The notes under the pieces are model-generated. The model searched no databases, had not been told where the DNA came from, and saw only the letters and a list, made by a program, of their open reading frames with translations. A DNA stretch of 54,409 nucleotides from Octopus bimaculoides (taxonomy: Eukaryota), in the NCBI RefSeq assembly GCF_001194135.2, contig NC_068991.1, positions 13,941,524-13,995,932 of the forward strand. Reading direction: 5' to 3'. Made by a program: the position numbers and the translations under genes. Positions 25,413 through 39,266 of this stretch are shown in pieces (within the stretch, counting starts at the first letter, position 1; every line of letters begins with the position of its first letter).

Positions 25413-25869
25413 TGATGATAATCCGGATGAGCAAAGTCTAATATGGAAACTATTACCGTTGATGGCATCAAATTTCCAAACTAAAGTACAAAGAAAGACG
25501 TGTTCAATAGATTTCTTTCACAAGAGTATATAAAACACTAATTCAAAATTACATATATCTTCCTAAAACAAGCCAAAATGACTGTATACAAAATATAAGC
25601 ATTATAAAATTGCCATAAAAAAAACAAAAAAATACTACATATTATTACTTCTTGTTCTGTATTTTTAATATTGGTTTAAATTTTTGTTTTTAAATGTTAT
25701 TAAGTATCTTAGCATTACGTTGCAAGGTAAACTGACAGAATAAAAAGAAAACACGTATGCGGATGTAAATCTATGGTAATTTCTTATATAAGCAAAACTG
25801 CTGCCCTTCTTGATGTTGTTATTACTAGAGTCAATGATGTAATGTCTGTGTAGTGGACACATGCATACA

Positions 25870-25893
25870 TACTTAGTTATAGACACACACACA

Positions 25894-25932
<39 letters not shown>

Positions 25933-26342
25933 ACGCACACACGCAAACAAACATATATAAACACACACACTCACACGCACGCAAAAACAAATACACACAC
26001 ATATATATCTTTATATATATATAGGTGTAGTGGGAGAGAGAGAGAGAGAGAGAGAGAGAGCGGTAGGTACCCTCTTGTGTATATATAACTAAAATGAATA
26101 TGAATGGACATATATATATGTGTGTGTAAGTGTGTGTTTTTGTGTGTGGGTATGTGTATGCCTGTGTGTTTCTGTGCCTGTGTCCGTGTGTGCGTGTGTT
26201 TGTTTGTGTACACCTGGGTGTGTGTGTGTATGTAATATATACTGATATATACATTTACATATATCTATATTATGTAGAGTTATATATTATATACATACAT
26301 GCACAAGCACATACACATACACACGCACAAACACACACACAC

Positions 26343-26396
<54 letters not shown>

Positions 26397-26470
26397 AAAT
26401 ACATATATTTATATTTAAATGCGTGTGTCTGCATATATAAGCATATTTAAAACACACACACATATGTGCG
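25870..26470. repeat. Compound (AC)n/(AG)n/(GT)n/(AC)n microsatellites
   Basis: Directly visible. Confidence 0.9.
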
Positions 26471-27181
26471 CTATATACAAATATTACGAGAGGTGCGTAT
26501 AAATGCATTTATGTGTTTATATTATATATTCACATGAATGTGTGCACGTTATTTGTACGAGCGTGTGAATGTAAGAGGTGTACTAAACAGTTACAGTCTT
26601 GATAATTCATTCCGTTATGTTTATCTATTTATTGCAAGCTGCCAAGTGCTTGAAAGGAAATAAATGTTATGTAAACGCCTACGCACAAACCCACATAAAC
26701 ATACACATATACATATATGTATATATATGTATGTATGTATATATATATNNNNNNNNNNNNNNNNNNNNNNNNNNNNNNNNNNNNNNNNNNNNNNNNNNNN
26801 NNNNNNNNNNNNNNNNNNNNNNNNNNNNNNNNNNNNNNNNNNNNNNNNNNNNNNNNNNNNNNNNNNNNNNNNNNNNNNNNNNNNNNNNNNNNNNNNNNNN
26901 NNNNNNNNNNNNNNNNNNNNNNNNNNNNNNNNNNNNNNNNNNNNNNNNNNNNNNNNNNNNNNNNNNNNNNNNNNNNNNNNNNNNNNNNNNNNNNNNNNNN
27001 NNNNNNNNNNNNNNNNNNNNNNNNNNNNNNNNNNNNNNNNNNNNNNNNNNNNNNNNNNNNNNNNNNNNNNNNNNNNNNNNNNNNNNNNNNNNNNNNNNNN
27101 NNNNNNNNNNNNNNNNNNNNNNNNNNNNNNNNNNNNNNNNNATATATATATATATATATATATATATACATGGATACAGAC

Positions 27182-27213
<32 letters not shown>

Positions 27214-27639
27214 ATGTGTGTGCTTGTGTATGTATCTAGGTGTATATGAAATATACGTGTCCGTTTGTGTGTGTGTTTCTGATTATTCAAAAACTATCTG
27301 GCGAATCCTTTAAAATGTTGGTATACTATACACCATAATTGGCATTTGCGAAAAATGACAAGAATCATTTTAATTCTTTAAATCATGTGTAAATATTGAT
27401 TATATCCATTCAGAATTTGATACTCAGTGTACATGTATATGTTATAGGAAGACATATATAGACACAATGTGCATAAATGTGTTTAAGCATGTACGTGTGG
27501 CTACGTTTTGTTGGCTATAGAGACTTCTGTGTGTGTGTGATAAAGGGGGATATAATATACGAGATAAAATATATGCTTGTAAGATTCCTTCCGTTTGTTT
27601 ACCTTTGCGTTGCTCTCTGCTAATTCAGAATTTCGTAGG

Positions 27640-27656
27640 CGGTGTTTGAATGCATA

Positions 27657-27687
<31 letters not shown>

Positions 27688-28045
27688 ATGTATGTATGTA
27701 TGCATGTATGTATGTATGTAATTATGTATGTCTGTATGAATTTATGTATGTATGAATGTATGTATGTGAGTGTGTTTATGTATGTATATATATATGCTTA
27801 CATGTATGTATATATATATAAGTATGTATGTATTTTTGTCTTTCTGTATGTATGTATGTATGTACGTATGTATGAATGTATGTATGTATGAATGTATGTA
27901 TGTATGTGAATGTGTTTATGTATGTATATATATATATATGCACGCATGTATATATATAAGTATGTATGTAAGTATGTTTATGTATGTATATATATATATA
28001 TATATGCATGTATATATATATAAGTATGTATGTATGTTTATGTAT

Positions 28046-28105
<60 letters not shown>
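27640..28105. repeat. (TCTG)/(TATG)n region with a higher-order unit, followed by (GT)n
   Basis: tgtttatgtatgtatatatat...catgtatatatataagtatgtatgta recurs three times. Confidence 0.85.
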
Positions 28106-28106
<1 letters not shown>

Positions 28107-28208
28107 ACAGAAAGAGAGAGACGGTCGGTCAGAAAGATAAAAGGAGGGATGGAGATAATTTGTGTCTGTGTGCATTAGTGTTTATGAATGCACGCGTGAT
28201 GGTGTTGC

Positions 28209-28425
28209 ATATATGGCTTAGTGGTTAGGGTGTTGCACTCACGATTGCAAAGTCGTGGTTTCGATTCCAAGACCGGGAGGTGCGTTGTGTACTTGAGCAA
28301 AGCACTTCATTTTACGTTGCTCTGCGACCATTTCGTCATCTGACATGTGGAGCATGGTGCACCTGTACAGGTAATGTCGATTTGATGGTGGGACTGAGCT
28401 TATGCGTACACAAACATTTGATCAC
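28209..28425 (+). mobile_element. tRNA-derived CORE-like SINE (family C head, alternative 3' part)
   Basis: A-box TGGCTTAGTGG, B-box GGTTTCGATTCC and ttgagcaaagcacttcattttacgttgctc shared with 44048. The 3' part differs. Confidence 0.75.
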
Positions 28426-28516
28426 GACGTTATTAGGTGGCATCTATTCTATTTTTTTCTAATACTAAAACTTTCCAATATCTACGTGACTCAAATTTAA
28501 TGGCTCTTTTTAGGGC

Positions 28517-29815
28517 GTACCACCAGTTGTTATCGATGATGGCTCTCAAGTCATAATGTACCACCAGTTGTTATTGATGATGATTCTTCGAGTCATAACT
28601 TTATTCGTCAACATCACTGTTGTATCAGTCTGTGAATGATATCAAAATATTTTGCGCACAAAGAAGAATCACCCTACCTTTTTTTGACAATTCAGTTCAG
28701 ATAAAAAAAAAAATATACGGAAACCAAATATTTGATGATTTCATCGGAAATTCAATGGGACTGAGCTCTGCAAAAGGATCAAAATTAATATTTTAAGCAT
28801 TTTTTTTACATAGGAAAATTATGTTGCGGAAACTGGTAATCAAGTGCATTATGAATGATAATGTATTAGACAGACAGAATAAACCGCAGAGTATTTAGTT
28901 CTAAATACAAAACTTAAAGTTGATGCCAATATTAATATAGTTAATTCTATAGCTGATACTTTAACTTAAGCAAAAATACATTCTGCCTGGAGCGAAAACT
29001 AAAAAGGAAAGTCATTTTATATTAGCATGAATTTTAATTCTATTATTTTAGGATATTTATTGCTAACATAAGTAATCGTATTTCTTCAGTGCTATCTAAT
29101 GAAAACTTATTTTAAGCTGTTCTCTTTGTTATACCAAGCCATTACTTAGTAGAAGATTTTGAGATAAAAAATTCAACATATTAGAAAGCTAATACTTCAG
29201 TTCCTAACAATAAACCTAGAAACATTGTACGGTATAATCTAACTCTAAATTTAAATGTCAAAATAAATATTTCCAAAGAATTTCAGAATTTAATTTTTCC
29301 GTTTCCACATCAAATTATAGACATCAGAAAAATTTTAGCAGAAGGATAGATAAAGTTAGTTAATTTTATTGTAAAAGTCTGCTTGCCCTGTTAAAAGTTT
29401 TTAAAAAATCACTCACCAACAACAGTAATATTGCATTTCGTCCACTTATAAGAGCACCAATCCAGATAACTGTTTATAAAGAGCAATTGCTTTCCGAAGG
29501 TATTTGGTTAGTGGGATAGTTACAGGCAGAATAGTATACGTTCCTAACGGCCTATACACTGCTTCAAGTTTCTAAAGGAATTTGCCAAGTACGTTTGGGT
29601 TTTGAAAGAGTCTAGGCCGGCTGTGTTTAAAACAAAATGGACAAACTTATAACATAGGTTCTCGACAAACACGTGTCTTATCTTCCAAACATTCAGTGTA
29701 AGATGAGTGTAAATGAAGAAGTTTAACTTTTTAAGTTTTAAATACATTAAATGAAGCATGCGAAATGTCCACTTTCTGCGGGCAGGCTTCGAAGTATATT
29801 TTGAAATGTTTTAGT
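28517..29815 (+). mobile_element. Decayed PLE: RT C-terminal half plus GIY-YIG endonuclease region
   Basis: Ordered motifs NDIKIFCAQRRITLPFFDN, FDDFIGN/FNGTELC (cf. FDVTMGSxDGAExCEL), LKVDANINIVN, NISNRISSVLSNENLF, KPRNIVRYNLTLNLNVKINISKEFQNLI (cf. RNIIWxNPPxSxNVKTNIGKxFLxLI), FAKYVWVLKE (cf. LSKYIWxLK) and TLNEACEMSTFCGQASKYILKCF. Many stops and frameshifts. Confidence 0.75.
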
Positions 29816-30257
29816 TTGCCATATTCAACGATAATAGTCTTTTCCTTCAAAAATAAATCTAAGGAAGGAAGCGGGATAGAAAACGTTAGTATCGATTGTT
29901 CACGAACCATTGAGTTGACAAAACTAATATCAACGGTATTAGAATTTTTCTCTGTCTCCTACATAAAAAAAAAAATCTATGGTAAAAGGCGTCCAAGTTG
30001 TCACCAGACCATCTTATGTATCTAAGACTACATTTTCCATTGTCATTCTTTATCGTTGGGCATAATTCGAGGACTATGTGACTATGATTTCTCGTAAATC
30101 GAGCGGCGACATTGATTTCCCCACACTGGACAAACAAACGTTACGGTAGAAGACAATGCGACTGAACCCGATATCCACGCTACAACTTTACTACTGTCAA
30201 TAATAGTCTTCGTTAAGAATATATATATATATATATATATATTATTTTATTATTTTA

Positions 30258-30473
30258 TTCTTTTATTCCTTTATTTGTTTCAGTCACTTGACTGCGGTCA
30301 TGCTGGAGCATCGGCTTTAGTCGAACAAATCGACGCCAAGACTTATTTTTTGTAAGCCTAGTACTTATTCTATCGGTTAATTTTGCCAAGCCGCTAAGTT
30401 ATGGGGATGTAAATACACCAGCATTGGTTGTCAAGCGATAGTGGTGGTGGTGGGGAGGGGGGGACAAACACAG

Positions 30474-30512
<39 letters not shown>

Positions 30513-30655
30513 TATATATATATTTATATGACGGGCTTCTTTCAGTTTCCGAGGCTATAGTAGAAGACAGCTGCCCAAGGTGCCACGCAGTGGGAATGAA
30601 CCCGGGACCATGTGGTTGGTAAGCAAGCTACTTACCACAAAGCCACTCCTGCGAC
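30258..30655 (-). mobile_element. SINE family B, full length with a 36-bp internal deletion
   Basis: Reverse complement of 35638-36038 apart from the missing tctaccaaat...ggcccg segment. Confidence 0.9.
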
Positions 30656-31563
30656 TATATACATACATTCATATATATATATATGTATATATATATNNNN
30701 NNNNNNNNNNNNNNNNNNNNNNNNNNNNNNNNNNNNNNNNNNNNNNNNNNNNNNNNNNNNNNNNNNNNNNNNNNNNNNNNNNNNNNNNNNNNNNNNNNNN
30801 NNNNNNNNNNNNNNNNNNNNNNNNNNNNNNNNNNNNNNNNNNNNNNNNNNNNNNNNNNNNNNNNNNNNNNNNNNNNNNNNNNNNNNNNNNNNNNNNNNNN
30901 NNNNNNNNNNNNNNNNNNNNNNNNNNNNNNNNNNNNNNNNNNNNNNNNNNNNNNNNNNNNNNNNNNNNNNNNNNNNNNNNNNNNNNNNNNNNNNNNNNNN
31001 NNNNNNNNNNNNNNNNNNNNNNNNNNNNNNNNNNNNNNNNNNNNNNNNNNNNNNNNNNNNNNNNNNNNNNNNNNNNNNNNNNNNNNNNNNNNNNNNNNNN
31101 NNNNNNNNNNNNNNNNNNNNNNNNNNNNNNNNNNNNNNNNNNNNNNNNNNNNNNNNNNNNNNNNNNNNNNNNNNNNNNNNNNNNNNNNNNNNNNNNNNNN
31201 NNNNNNNNNNNNNNNNNNNNNNNNNNNNNNNNNNNNNNNNNNNNNNNNNNNNNNNNNNNNNNNNNNNNNNNNNNNNNNNNNNNNNNNNNNNNNNNNNNNN
31301 NNNNNNNNNNNNNNNNNNNNNNNNNNNNNNNNNNNNNNNNNNNNNNNNNNNNNNNNNNNNNNNNNNNNNNNNNNNNNNNNNNNNNNNNNNNNNNNNNNNN
31401 NNNNNNNNNNNNNNNNNNNNNNNNNNNNNNNNNNNNNNNNNNNNNNNNNNNNNNNNNNNNNNNNNNNNNNNNNNNNNNNNNNNNNNNNNNNNNNNNNNNN
31501 NNNNNNNNNNNNNNNNNNNNNNNNNNNNNNNNNNNNNNNNNNNNNNNNNNNNNNNNNNNNNNN

Positions 31564-31639
31564 GTCTTCTACTGTAGCCTCGGGCCGACCAAAGCCTTGT
31601 GAGTGGATTTAGTAGACGGAAACTGAAAGAAGCCTGTCG

Positions 31640-31680
<41 letters not shown>

Positions 31681-31905
31681 GTGTTTGCGTGTCTGTGTTT
31701 GTCCCCACACCATTACTTGACAACCGATGGTGGTGTGTTTACGTCCCCGTAACATAGCGGTTCGGCAAAAGAGACCGATAGAATAAGTACTAGGCTTCCA
31801 AAGAATAAGTCCTGGGGTCGACTTTCTCGACTAAAGGCGGTGCTCCAACATGGCCGCAGTCAAATGACTGAAACAAGTAAAAGAGAGTAAAAGAGTAAAA
31901 GAGTA
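31564..31905 (+). mobile_element. SINE family B, head lost in N-gap
   Basis: Highly similar to 35725-36030, including the internal (AT/GT) SSR and the gtaaaaga tail repeats. Confidence 0.9.
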
Positions 31906-32362
31906 TATATATACAGAGAGAGAGAGAGGGGGGAGAGAGGGAGAGAGAGAGAGAGAGGCAGTGTGTGTGTGGGGGGTGATATTGTCATGTGTGTCTGTGT
32001 GTGATTACGCTGTTTAATGCAAGACACGCACACAGAAAATGTCACATAGAGAGAATACCTTCTATGCTGTATTATATGTCATTCTGATAATTTTCCTATC
32101 CGTTCTGACGTATTTTACATAGAAACACCACATACACACACATACAGCATGCATATTCACTGGAACATAATAATACCGTGTATGTTGGTGCATATACACG
32201 CTGGTTATACTGTTTGCTGTTATATATAACACACACAAACGCAGAATGTTGTGTTTATTGTGGCATATAGCAAACGTACACACTCCCCCGCGCACATGGA
32301 ATAATTTGTTTGTTGATACATATAAGACACGCGCATGTAGAATTCATTGCCTACTGGTGCAT

Positions 32363-32399
<37 letters not shown>

Positions 32400-34283
32400 A
32401 CGCACACACATACACACACACATACACAGCCATACAGCGCCCCAATCACACACACAGACATAGTGCCCCAAACAGACAAAAATCTGTGTTTGTGGGTACA
32501 ATTATACATTGATATATTCCATATATACGTCTAAACATACATACATACATAATACATACATGCATACATACATACATAAATACATACATTTATATATATA
32601 TAAATATAAACGTACATACATACATGCATACATACATAAATACATACATGAATGCACGCATACGTGCATGCATACATACAGACATGCACTCATACATGCG
32701 TACATACATACATGCATACATACAGACATGCATACATACATACATACACACATACATACGCACAACACCACGTTACTGTAATATGTAACACATACACAGA
32801 CAAGCACATATGCACACATAATAACCATGTTTGTTGTAACTAAAAACACACGCCTAATTTGTTTTTAACTTTTGAATTCATTTATTCATTTACTTTTTTT
32901 TTTTTAAACATATTTTTATGGGACTTTTCACTTTTTTTTTTCACCTACTCTTTTAACTTTTTCATATCCCATCTTTCCACGTTTTTCAACATACTGCTAA
33001 TAACATTTCATCAGCTGGAATAAAGTCAACAACAAAAACAACAACCAAAAAAAAAAAAAAAAATCTACCGGGAGCAATAATAACAACCACAAGAAAATAA
33101 AAACAACAACCCTTTTTTATTGTTTGTTTTAATGACATTTTTACATTCTTGTTTATTCTTGTTTAACTCCGAGTGGATTCTGTGTTTGCTTTTCAGAAAA
33201 TAATATCATATTATGCATGAATTGCCATATTCTTTCAATCAGTTCGCTTAAGGCTTTAACTCATGAATACGATTTTACTTGTTTTTTGCGGGTGTGATTT
33301 TTAAATGTTTTGTTGATATTCTATTTTATGCATTTTCTTCATCATCCTTAATTTTATAGAATTTTCTACGCAAATGCTATTTTCAAAATAATTATGCTTT
33401 TATTGTAATTTGATTATTTTTTCTTCCCATTTTCCGCCCCCTTTTCTTCTTGTTTTTTTTCGCACATATATCATTGCCATATATTATCGGATCGATTATG
33501 GATTTTTATTTTTTCTCTTCTCTCTCTCACTCCCCCTCTGTCTCTCACTCCTCTTTCTTCTCTCTCTCTCTGTGTCTTTTCTCTAACATCCTCATATGTA
33601 TGTGTATATGTATACATATACATATAGACATATATATATATATATATATACAAATATATATATATATATATATATACGTGTATATGTGTGGGCGTGTGTA
33701 TATGTGTGTGTATATATGTGTACATATATGTAGGTATATGCGTATGTATGTATGTATGTATGTATGCATGTATGTAGGTATGTGCGTATGTATACATGTA
33801 TGTATGTATGAATCGACAGAAGTAACAGAGTGACTCAAGGGCCGAAAGTCTTGTGCATTGCCTCAAGCAGTATATTACTTGATATAGCTTTGTAACTGAT
33901 CGGGCTGTTACCGTGGGTTTCGCACTGTCTATTATACTCGGCCGGAATCATGTGTATGAGCTATATTGAATAACCAATGTGGTAATACTCTGTAATACTT
34001 CTGTGTATCCATGTACGCAGGAGCTTCATGGTGACCTGTGTCTTGAACATCTCCATGGCCATCCCATCGGTACTTGTATAACAAATCGTAGCCGATTCAG
34101 AGAATGGATTTTCAATGTTTGAACGCGGCTTCATATTACGTGTTATTATTAACAGCAATCTTCAATGACTGTTGCATTATAAGTTTGTTTTTGATATTTA
34201 TTCTCCTTCTTAAACAATTTTTATCAATTAAAGGTCTACTAAACAGTGTTGAATGGGGCATAGTTATATACAGTCTTATTTAA

Positions 34284-34580
34284 CACGTTCGTGTACATTC
34301 GGACATGGAGAGACAATACGCTGATCAAGATGTCTCGAGAGAAAATATTCTCCTCATAGGCAGTATGGGTGTAAACAAATCATTAGGTTATGAATGACGT
34401 TACACATCATGAAGCCTAACGACGTAGAAACGCATACATGGTGCGATCTGTTGACGTCACTCATAATCTCGTGGTGTGTTCCCATCCACTCTGTCAATAG
34501 GGAGAATTTCTTCTCTTGAGACAACTTGCGCTGCCTACTGTCTCGTATTGCTTTCCCGTATCTGAATGTTCACGAACATG
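34284..34580. mobile_element. piggyBac-type MITE (297 bp), almost fully palindromic
   Basis: TTAA at 34280-83 and 34581-84. Ends cacgttcgtgtacattcgg and ctgaatgttcacgaacatg. Imperfect inverted complementarity continues inward (tgtctcgagagaa/ttctcttgagaca; ttatgaatgacgt/acgtcactcataa). Confidence 0.85.
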
Positions 34581-35237
34581 TTAAATTAAACACTAAATAA
34601 CTATATTTGATTAATTTTTAATGCAATTTCACATTCTGCTGATAAGGTAGCTTTGCTCAATTCCCTTGTGAAGAAACATATGAGTCTACAACTCACATTA
34701 TACGAAAATGCTCTAGGTCAAATCAATATGAGTGCATGGTGTATACATGTAGTAAAACTGTGATGATTTCTTTATAATAGGTTTAGCGTATTATGCACAT
34801 AAAACTACTGGGGACAGAAAAGAAAGAAATTAAATATGATAAAGTGAGGCTGTTATGGGACTTTCTCATACAAGCCAAAATGTAAATATGAAACAGCATG
34901 AGGAATATTGTGACTATAGATAGGAACAAACTGTGTCTTGTAGTTACAGAAGCATTCTCATTTCATTCTAAGGCGAAAGAAAACCAAAAAAAGGGACCAT
35001 GCGTTTCAGATCATCGGGATACCAGCACGAGAGAATGGAAAGAGAATTTCAAGAAAGCCATTTAATAAATTTTTACAATTTTTTTTTTTTTTTTTTTTTT
35101 TAATATTTCAGCTTCAGCGAATTTCTTATAATCTTGAACTGGAAAACTTTGAAATATGAAGTGAACTGTAAAACAAAAATTTCTTGTATAAAACAACACG
35201 CCTAGTCAGTGTTTATTATTTTTTACATTTCTTCTGG

Positions 35238-35288
<51 letters not shown>

Positions 35289-35637
35289 CGACGACGACGA
35301 CGACGACGATGATGACGATAATGATGTTTATGATGGTACTGCTGATGTTGTTGGTTATTTATTTATTTTTTCTTGACACTGTCCATCTCATTACGTTCTT
35401 GGCTCCTGGTGGAATTTAATCATGATAAAAAGTATTCTGGCTATGACCAACTTTTTGTTTTCTTTTCGGATGATTTGTACATACGAACCAACTTCTCCCC
35501 CAACATTCAAACAGTATGCTGTAGCTTAATGCAGATTTGGCTGCTACTTCTATTGAATAAACTCACCCTATCGAACCTTCAAATTAAGAAAAAAAGAAAT
35601 TCTAGCTACAATGGTAGATTCTAGACAAAATATTATA

Positions 35638-36038
35638 GGCGCAGAAGTGGCTGTGTGGTAAGTAGCTTGCTTACCAACCAAATGGTTCCGGGTTCAGTCC
35701 CACTGCGTGTCACCTTGGGCAAGTGTCTTCTACTATAGCCTCGGGCCGACCAAAGCCTTGTGAGTGGATTTGGTAGACGGAAACTGAAAGAGAACCGTCG
35801 TATATATGTATGTGTGTGCATATGTTTGTGTGTCTGTGCTTGTCCCCCTCACCATCGCTTGACAACCGATGCTGGTGTGTTTACGTCTCTGTAACTTAGC
35901 GGTTCGGCAAGAGAGACTGATAGAGTAAGTATTAGGCTTACAAAGAATAAATCTTGGGGTCGATTTTCTCGACTAAAAGGCGGTGCTCCAGCATGGCCGC
36001 AGTCAAATGACTGAAACCAGTAAAAGAGAAAAAGAGAA
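35638..36038 (+). mobile_element. SINE family B, full-length reference copy (tRNA head + CORE-like domain)
   Basis: A-box TGGCTGTGTGG, B-box GGGTTCAGTCCC, CORE-like caccttgggcaagtgtctt, internal SSR and (gtaaaaga)-type tail. Probably one of the described octopus OK/OR1/OR2 SINEs; exact assignment not checked. Confidence 0.92.
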
Positions 36039-36272
36039 TATGATTATTCATAAATCACACTATTAGACTGCCGAAGACGGGAGGTTTTCATTAGGATGTA
36101 TCACAGTTCAGATTATATCTGTTAATTACTTCCCAACGCATCAGTTTGATATGATATTTTATTCATGTTTTTCCTGTTGTAATTCTTATACAAGAAATAT
36201 GAAAATAATATATAGTTGATGTCTTAACTGTTCTAACAAATTATTTAAACATAGTGTTCATTAATATTACCA

Positions 36273-36793
36273 TTTCATCCTTTCGGGGTCGATAAATTAA
36301 GTACAGATGCCACTGGGGTCGATCTAATCGACTGGTCCCCTCACCAAAGATTTCAGGCCTTGTGCTTGTAGTAGACGAAGAATCGTTAGCACGCCGGGCG
36401 AAACGCTTAGCGGTATTTCGTCCGCCGTTACGTTCTGAGTTCAAAAATTCCGCTGAAGTCGACTTTGCCTTTCATCCTGTCGGAATCGATTAAATAAATA
36501 CCAGTTACGCCCTGGGATCTATGTAACCGACTTAATCCCGTCCCCATAAGCTGCCCTTATAGCAAATTCTTGAAATTATTATTACAGCCATTAAATAAGC
36601 GAACTGGCGGAATCATTAGCACGCCGGATAGCGGCATGTTGTCCATCGTTACGATTTGAGATCAAATTCCGCCGAGGTCGACTTTACCGTTCATCCTGAT
36701 GAAATCGATAAAATAAGTACCAGTTGAGCACTGCGGTCGGCTCCTCCTACCAAAATTTCAGCCTTTGTGCCTCTAGTTGAAAGGATTTTAATT
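36273..36793 (+). mobile_element. Three SINE-A copies head to tail
   Basis: 3' half at 36273-36378, head-truncated copy at 36379-36583, near-full copy at 36597-36793. Each has tttcatcct...tcgat.aa.taa..acc. Confidence 0.9.
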
Positions 36794-37331
36794 ACAACCA
36801 TCAGCATTTACATTCAAGGGTTAAGCAATTAGAAAGAAAATGCTGCGCTATCAAACTACGGTTTAAATGTTGCAGGAAGTGCAAGTGATAAACAACAGGT
36901 GGGAATTTAAAATGGATAACTCATTAGATAATATAAGAAGGTATTGCAATTAGTCAAGTTATAAATAGACACAGCAGAAAAGCAAAAAAAAAAAAAGAGT
37001 TTTATGCGATAATAAGATGGGTGACAGCCAAATTTAGTGTTTGATAAATTGGCTGCTTTTGTTAGCAGTTATCGGGTGATAAGTTCAAAGTGTGAAGCCG
37101 GTAACAAACTGGTTTTACGGGCTTGAATAATTATGTAATTATTTTATTTTTTGTTATAACATCTTTTATCTTATACTGCAGACACTGCGATTGACAATTA
37201 AGCTGGTCCATACATACATACATACATACATTCTTACATACATACGCACACATAATAAACACACATACATACATGCATGCATATACATATACATTTAAAT
37301 ATATATACTTCATACATATACCTACATATGT

Positions 37332-37392
<61 letters not shown>

Positions 37393-37820
37393 CATACACA
37401 TATATGTATGTATGTATATGTATATGCATACATACATATATATAAGTATACACATATTTTCATTTATCGGTCAGTAATGGGAGAGGTATGGCTTGTACAT
37501 TCGTATGCATGTGTACATTTATGCTTACGTATATATATATACACATATATGTAAGAGAACTACTGATACGGCGAGGGGGGCAGGATGAATGCACATAGTA
37601 GGCTTGGTCAGTTAATGAGTTAAAGAAGGCTACACATACAGTGAGGAGGAAATAATAGAGACGGAAGAGAATTAGAAGACTACTTATGGCAGTAGTTATT
37701 CCAGTATAAAATTTATATTATCTAGTCTTATTTTTAACTAATAAACATTTTTATTCTGAAATTAATATTCCTTTCATTATTTTTTATAAGTACAGAAATA
37801 TTTCATAAAAATCTAGTTAT

Positions 37821-38185
37821 ATTGGTTTCAAATTTTAGCACAAGGCCCAGTATTTTCCATTAGTGGGGGTAAGTCAATTGCATCGACACTAGTGATCAAC
37901 CGATACGTATTTTATCGACCTCAAAAGGATGGAAGCAAATTCGATCTAGGCGGAATTTGAACTCAGAACGGATGAGATGCTGCAAAGTATTTTCCCCGGC
38001 GTGCTAACGTTTCTTAACGTTCTGGTTATGTTGGTTTCAAATTTTGGCACGACGCCGGCAAGTTCTCGGGAAGGGGTGAGTCGATTACATCGGCCCCAGT
38101 ACTCAACTGGTACTTTCTTTATTGACTTCGAAAGGAGGAAGGACAAACTCGACCTCGGCAGAATGTAAACTCAGACCGTAAAGAG
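37821..38185 (-). mobile_element. Two SINE-A copies head to tail (tail type 2)
   Basis: Both begin on the plus strand with ttggtttcaaatttt.gcac and contain the A-family core. Confidence 0.85.
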
Positions 38186-38461
38186 TTTTTACTGTCACAC
38201 CGTGTTTCGACCGTTGTACTCTCAAGGTTTCTTCAGATGGCTATTGTATTTGTTCAGAGCTTAAACGTAACTTCCTTCATTTCCTACTTAACATGGAGAT
38301 CATGAATATAAACGTTGATAGACTGTCGCGTATTACATATAGCACTAGTGCTGGTGGGCGATGGTTCAATACCCGTATGCATGCATGCATGCATGCATGT
38401 ATGTGTGTATGTATGTATGTATGGATGTATGGATGGATGGATGGATGGATGGATGTATGGT

Positions 38462-38578
38462 GGAGTTGCAGTGGTCCAGTGGTTAGGTCAGCGGACTCGT
38501 AGTCATAGGAACGCGGTTTCGATTCGGAGACCGGGCGTTGTGAATGTTTATTGAGCGAAAACACCCAAAGCTCCACCC
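38462..38578 (+). mobile_element. SINE family C-like head
   Basis: tggtccagtggttagg...ggtttcgattcggagaccgggcg...ttgagcgaaaacac. Confidence 0.65.
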
Positions 38579-38579
38579 A

Positions 38580-38809
38580 AAGCTCTCTCTCTCTCTTACT
38601 ACCTCTCTCTCACCCTCTTACTACCTCTCTCTCACCCTCTTACTACCTCTCTCTCTCTCACCCTCTTACTACCTCTCTCTCTCTTTCTCTCTTTCTATTT
38701 CTCCTTCTCTCTCTCCCATCTCTCTCTCTCCCATCTCTCTCTCTCCCATCTCTCTTTCTCCCTCTCCTTCTCCCTCCCTCTCTCTCTCTCTCGGTCTCTC
38801 TCCTTGTCC

Positions 38810-38840
<31 letters not shown>

Positions 38841-38930
38841 CTTTCTCTCCTTGTCCCCCCTCTCTCTCTCCTTCTTTCTCCCCTTCTGTCTCCTTCTCTC
38901 TACCCCCGTCTCTCCCCCTTTCTCTCTCGC
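38580..38930. repeat. Polypyrimidine (CT-rich) tract with ~22-bp and ~15-bp sub-repeats
   Basis: ctctctcaccctcttactac x3 and ctctctcccatct x3 are visible. Confidence 0.9.
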
Positions 38931-39115
38931 TATGTTTGTCACAGCCTCTTGCTTTTCCTAGTACACCTTCGCATTGTTTCTTGGATCCTTTATACTTTAT
39001 ATTTTGTGTCTTTTCATTTGTCTTGGTCGCTTACGTTCTGGCGTTTGCTGAATTTTCTTAGTCTACTTCTAGCATAATGGATGTCCACTTAGTGGTCATC
39101 CTTCTTATATGTATG

Positions 39116-39173
<58 letters not shown>

Positions 39174-39210
39174 CACATACGTACATATATGTATATACAT
39201 ATACGTTCAT

Positions 39211-39266
<56 letters not shown>

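Noticed and set aside
26485-26505. tacgagaggtg, resembling the mariner TIR start
   Set aside because: Short match with no partner TIR found.
35112-35160. Strong poly-T acceptors here and at 9020 and 53387
   Set aside because: No convincing downstream donor or recognisable peptide; the 53387 site lies antisense near an RTE-like remnant.
35638-35710. SINE heads as tRNA genes (also 28209, 38462, 44048, 41220-41290)
   Set aside because: A and B boxes are present, but I could not fold a full cloverleaf and each continues into a SINE body.
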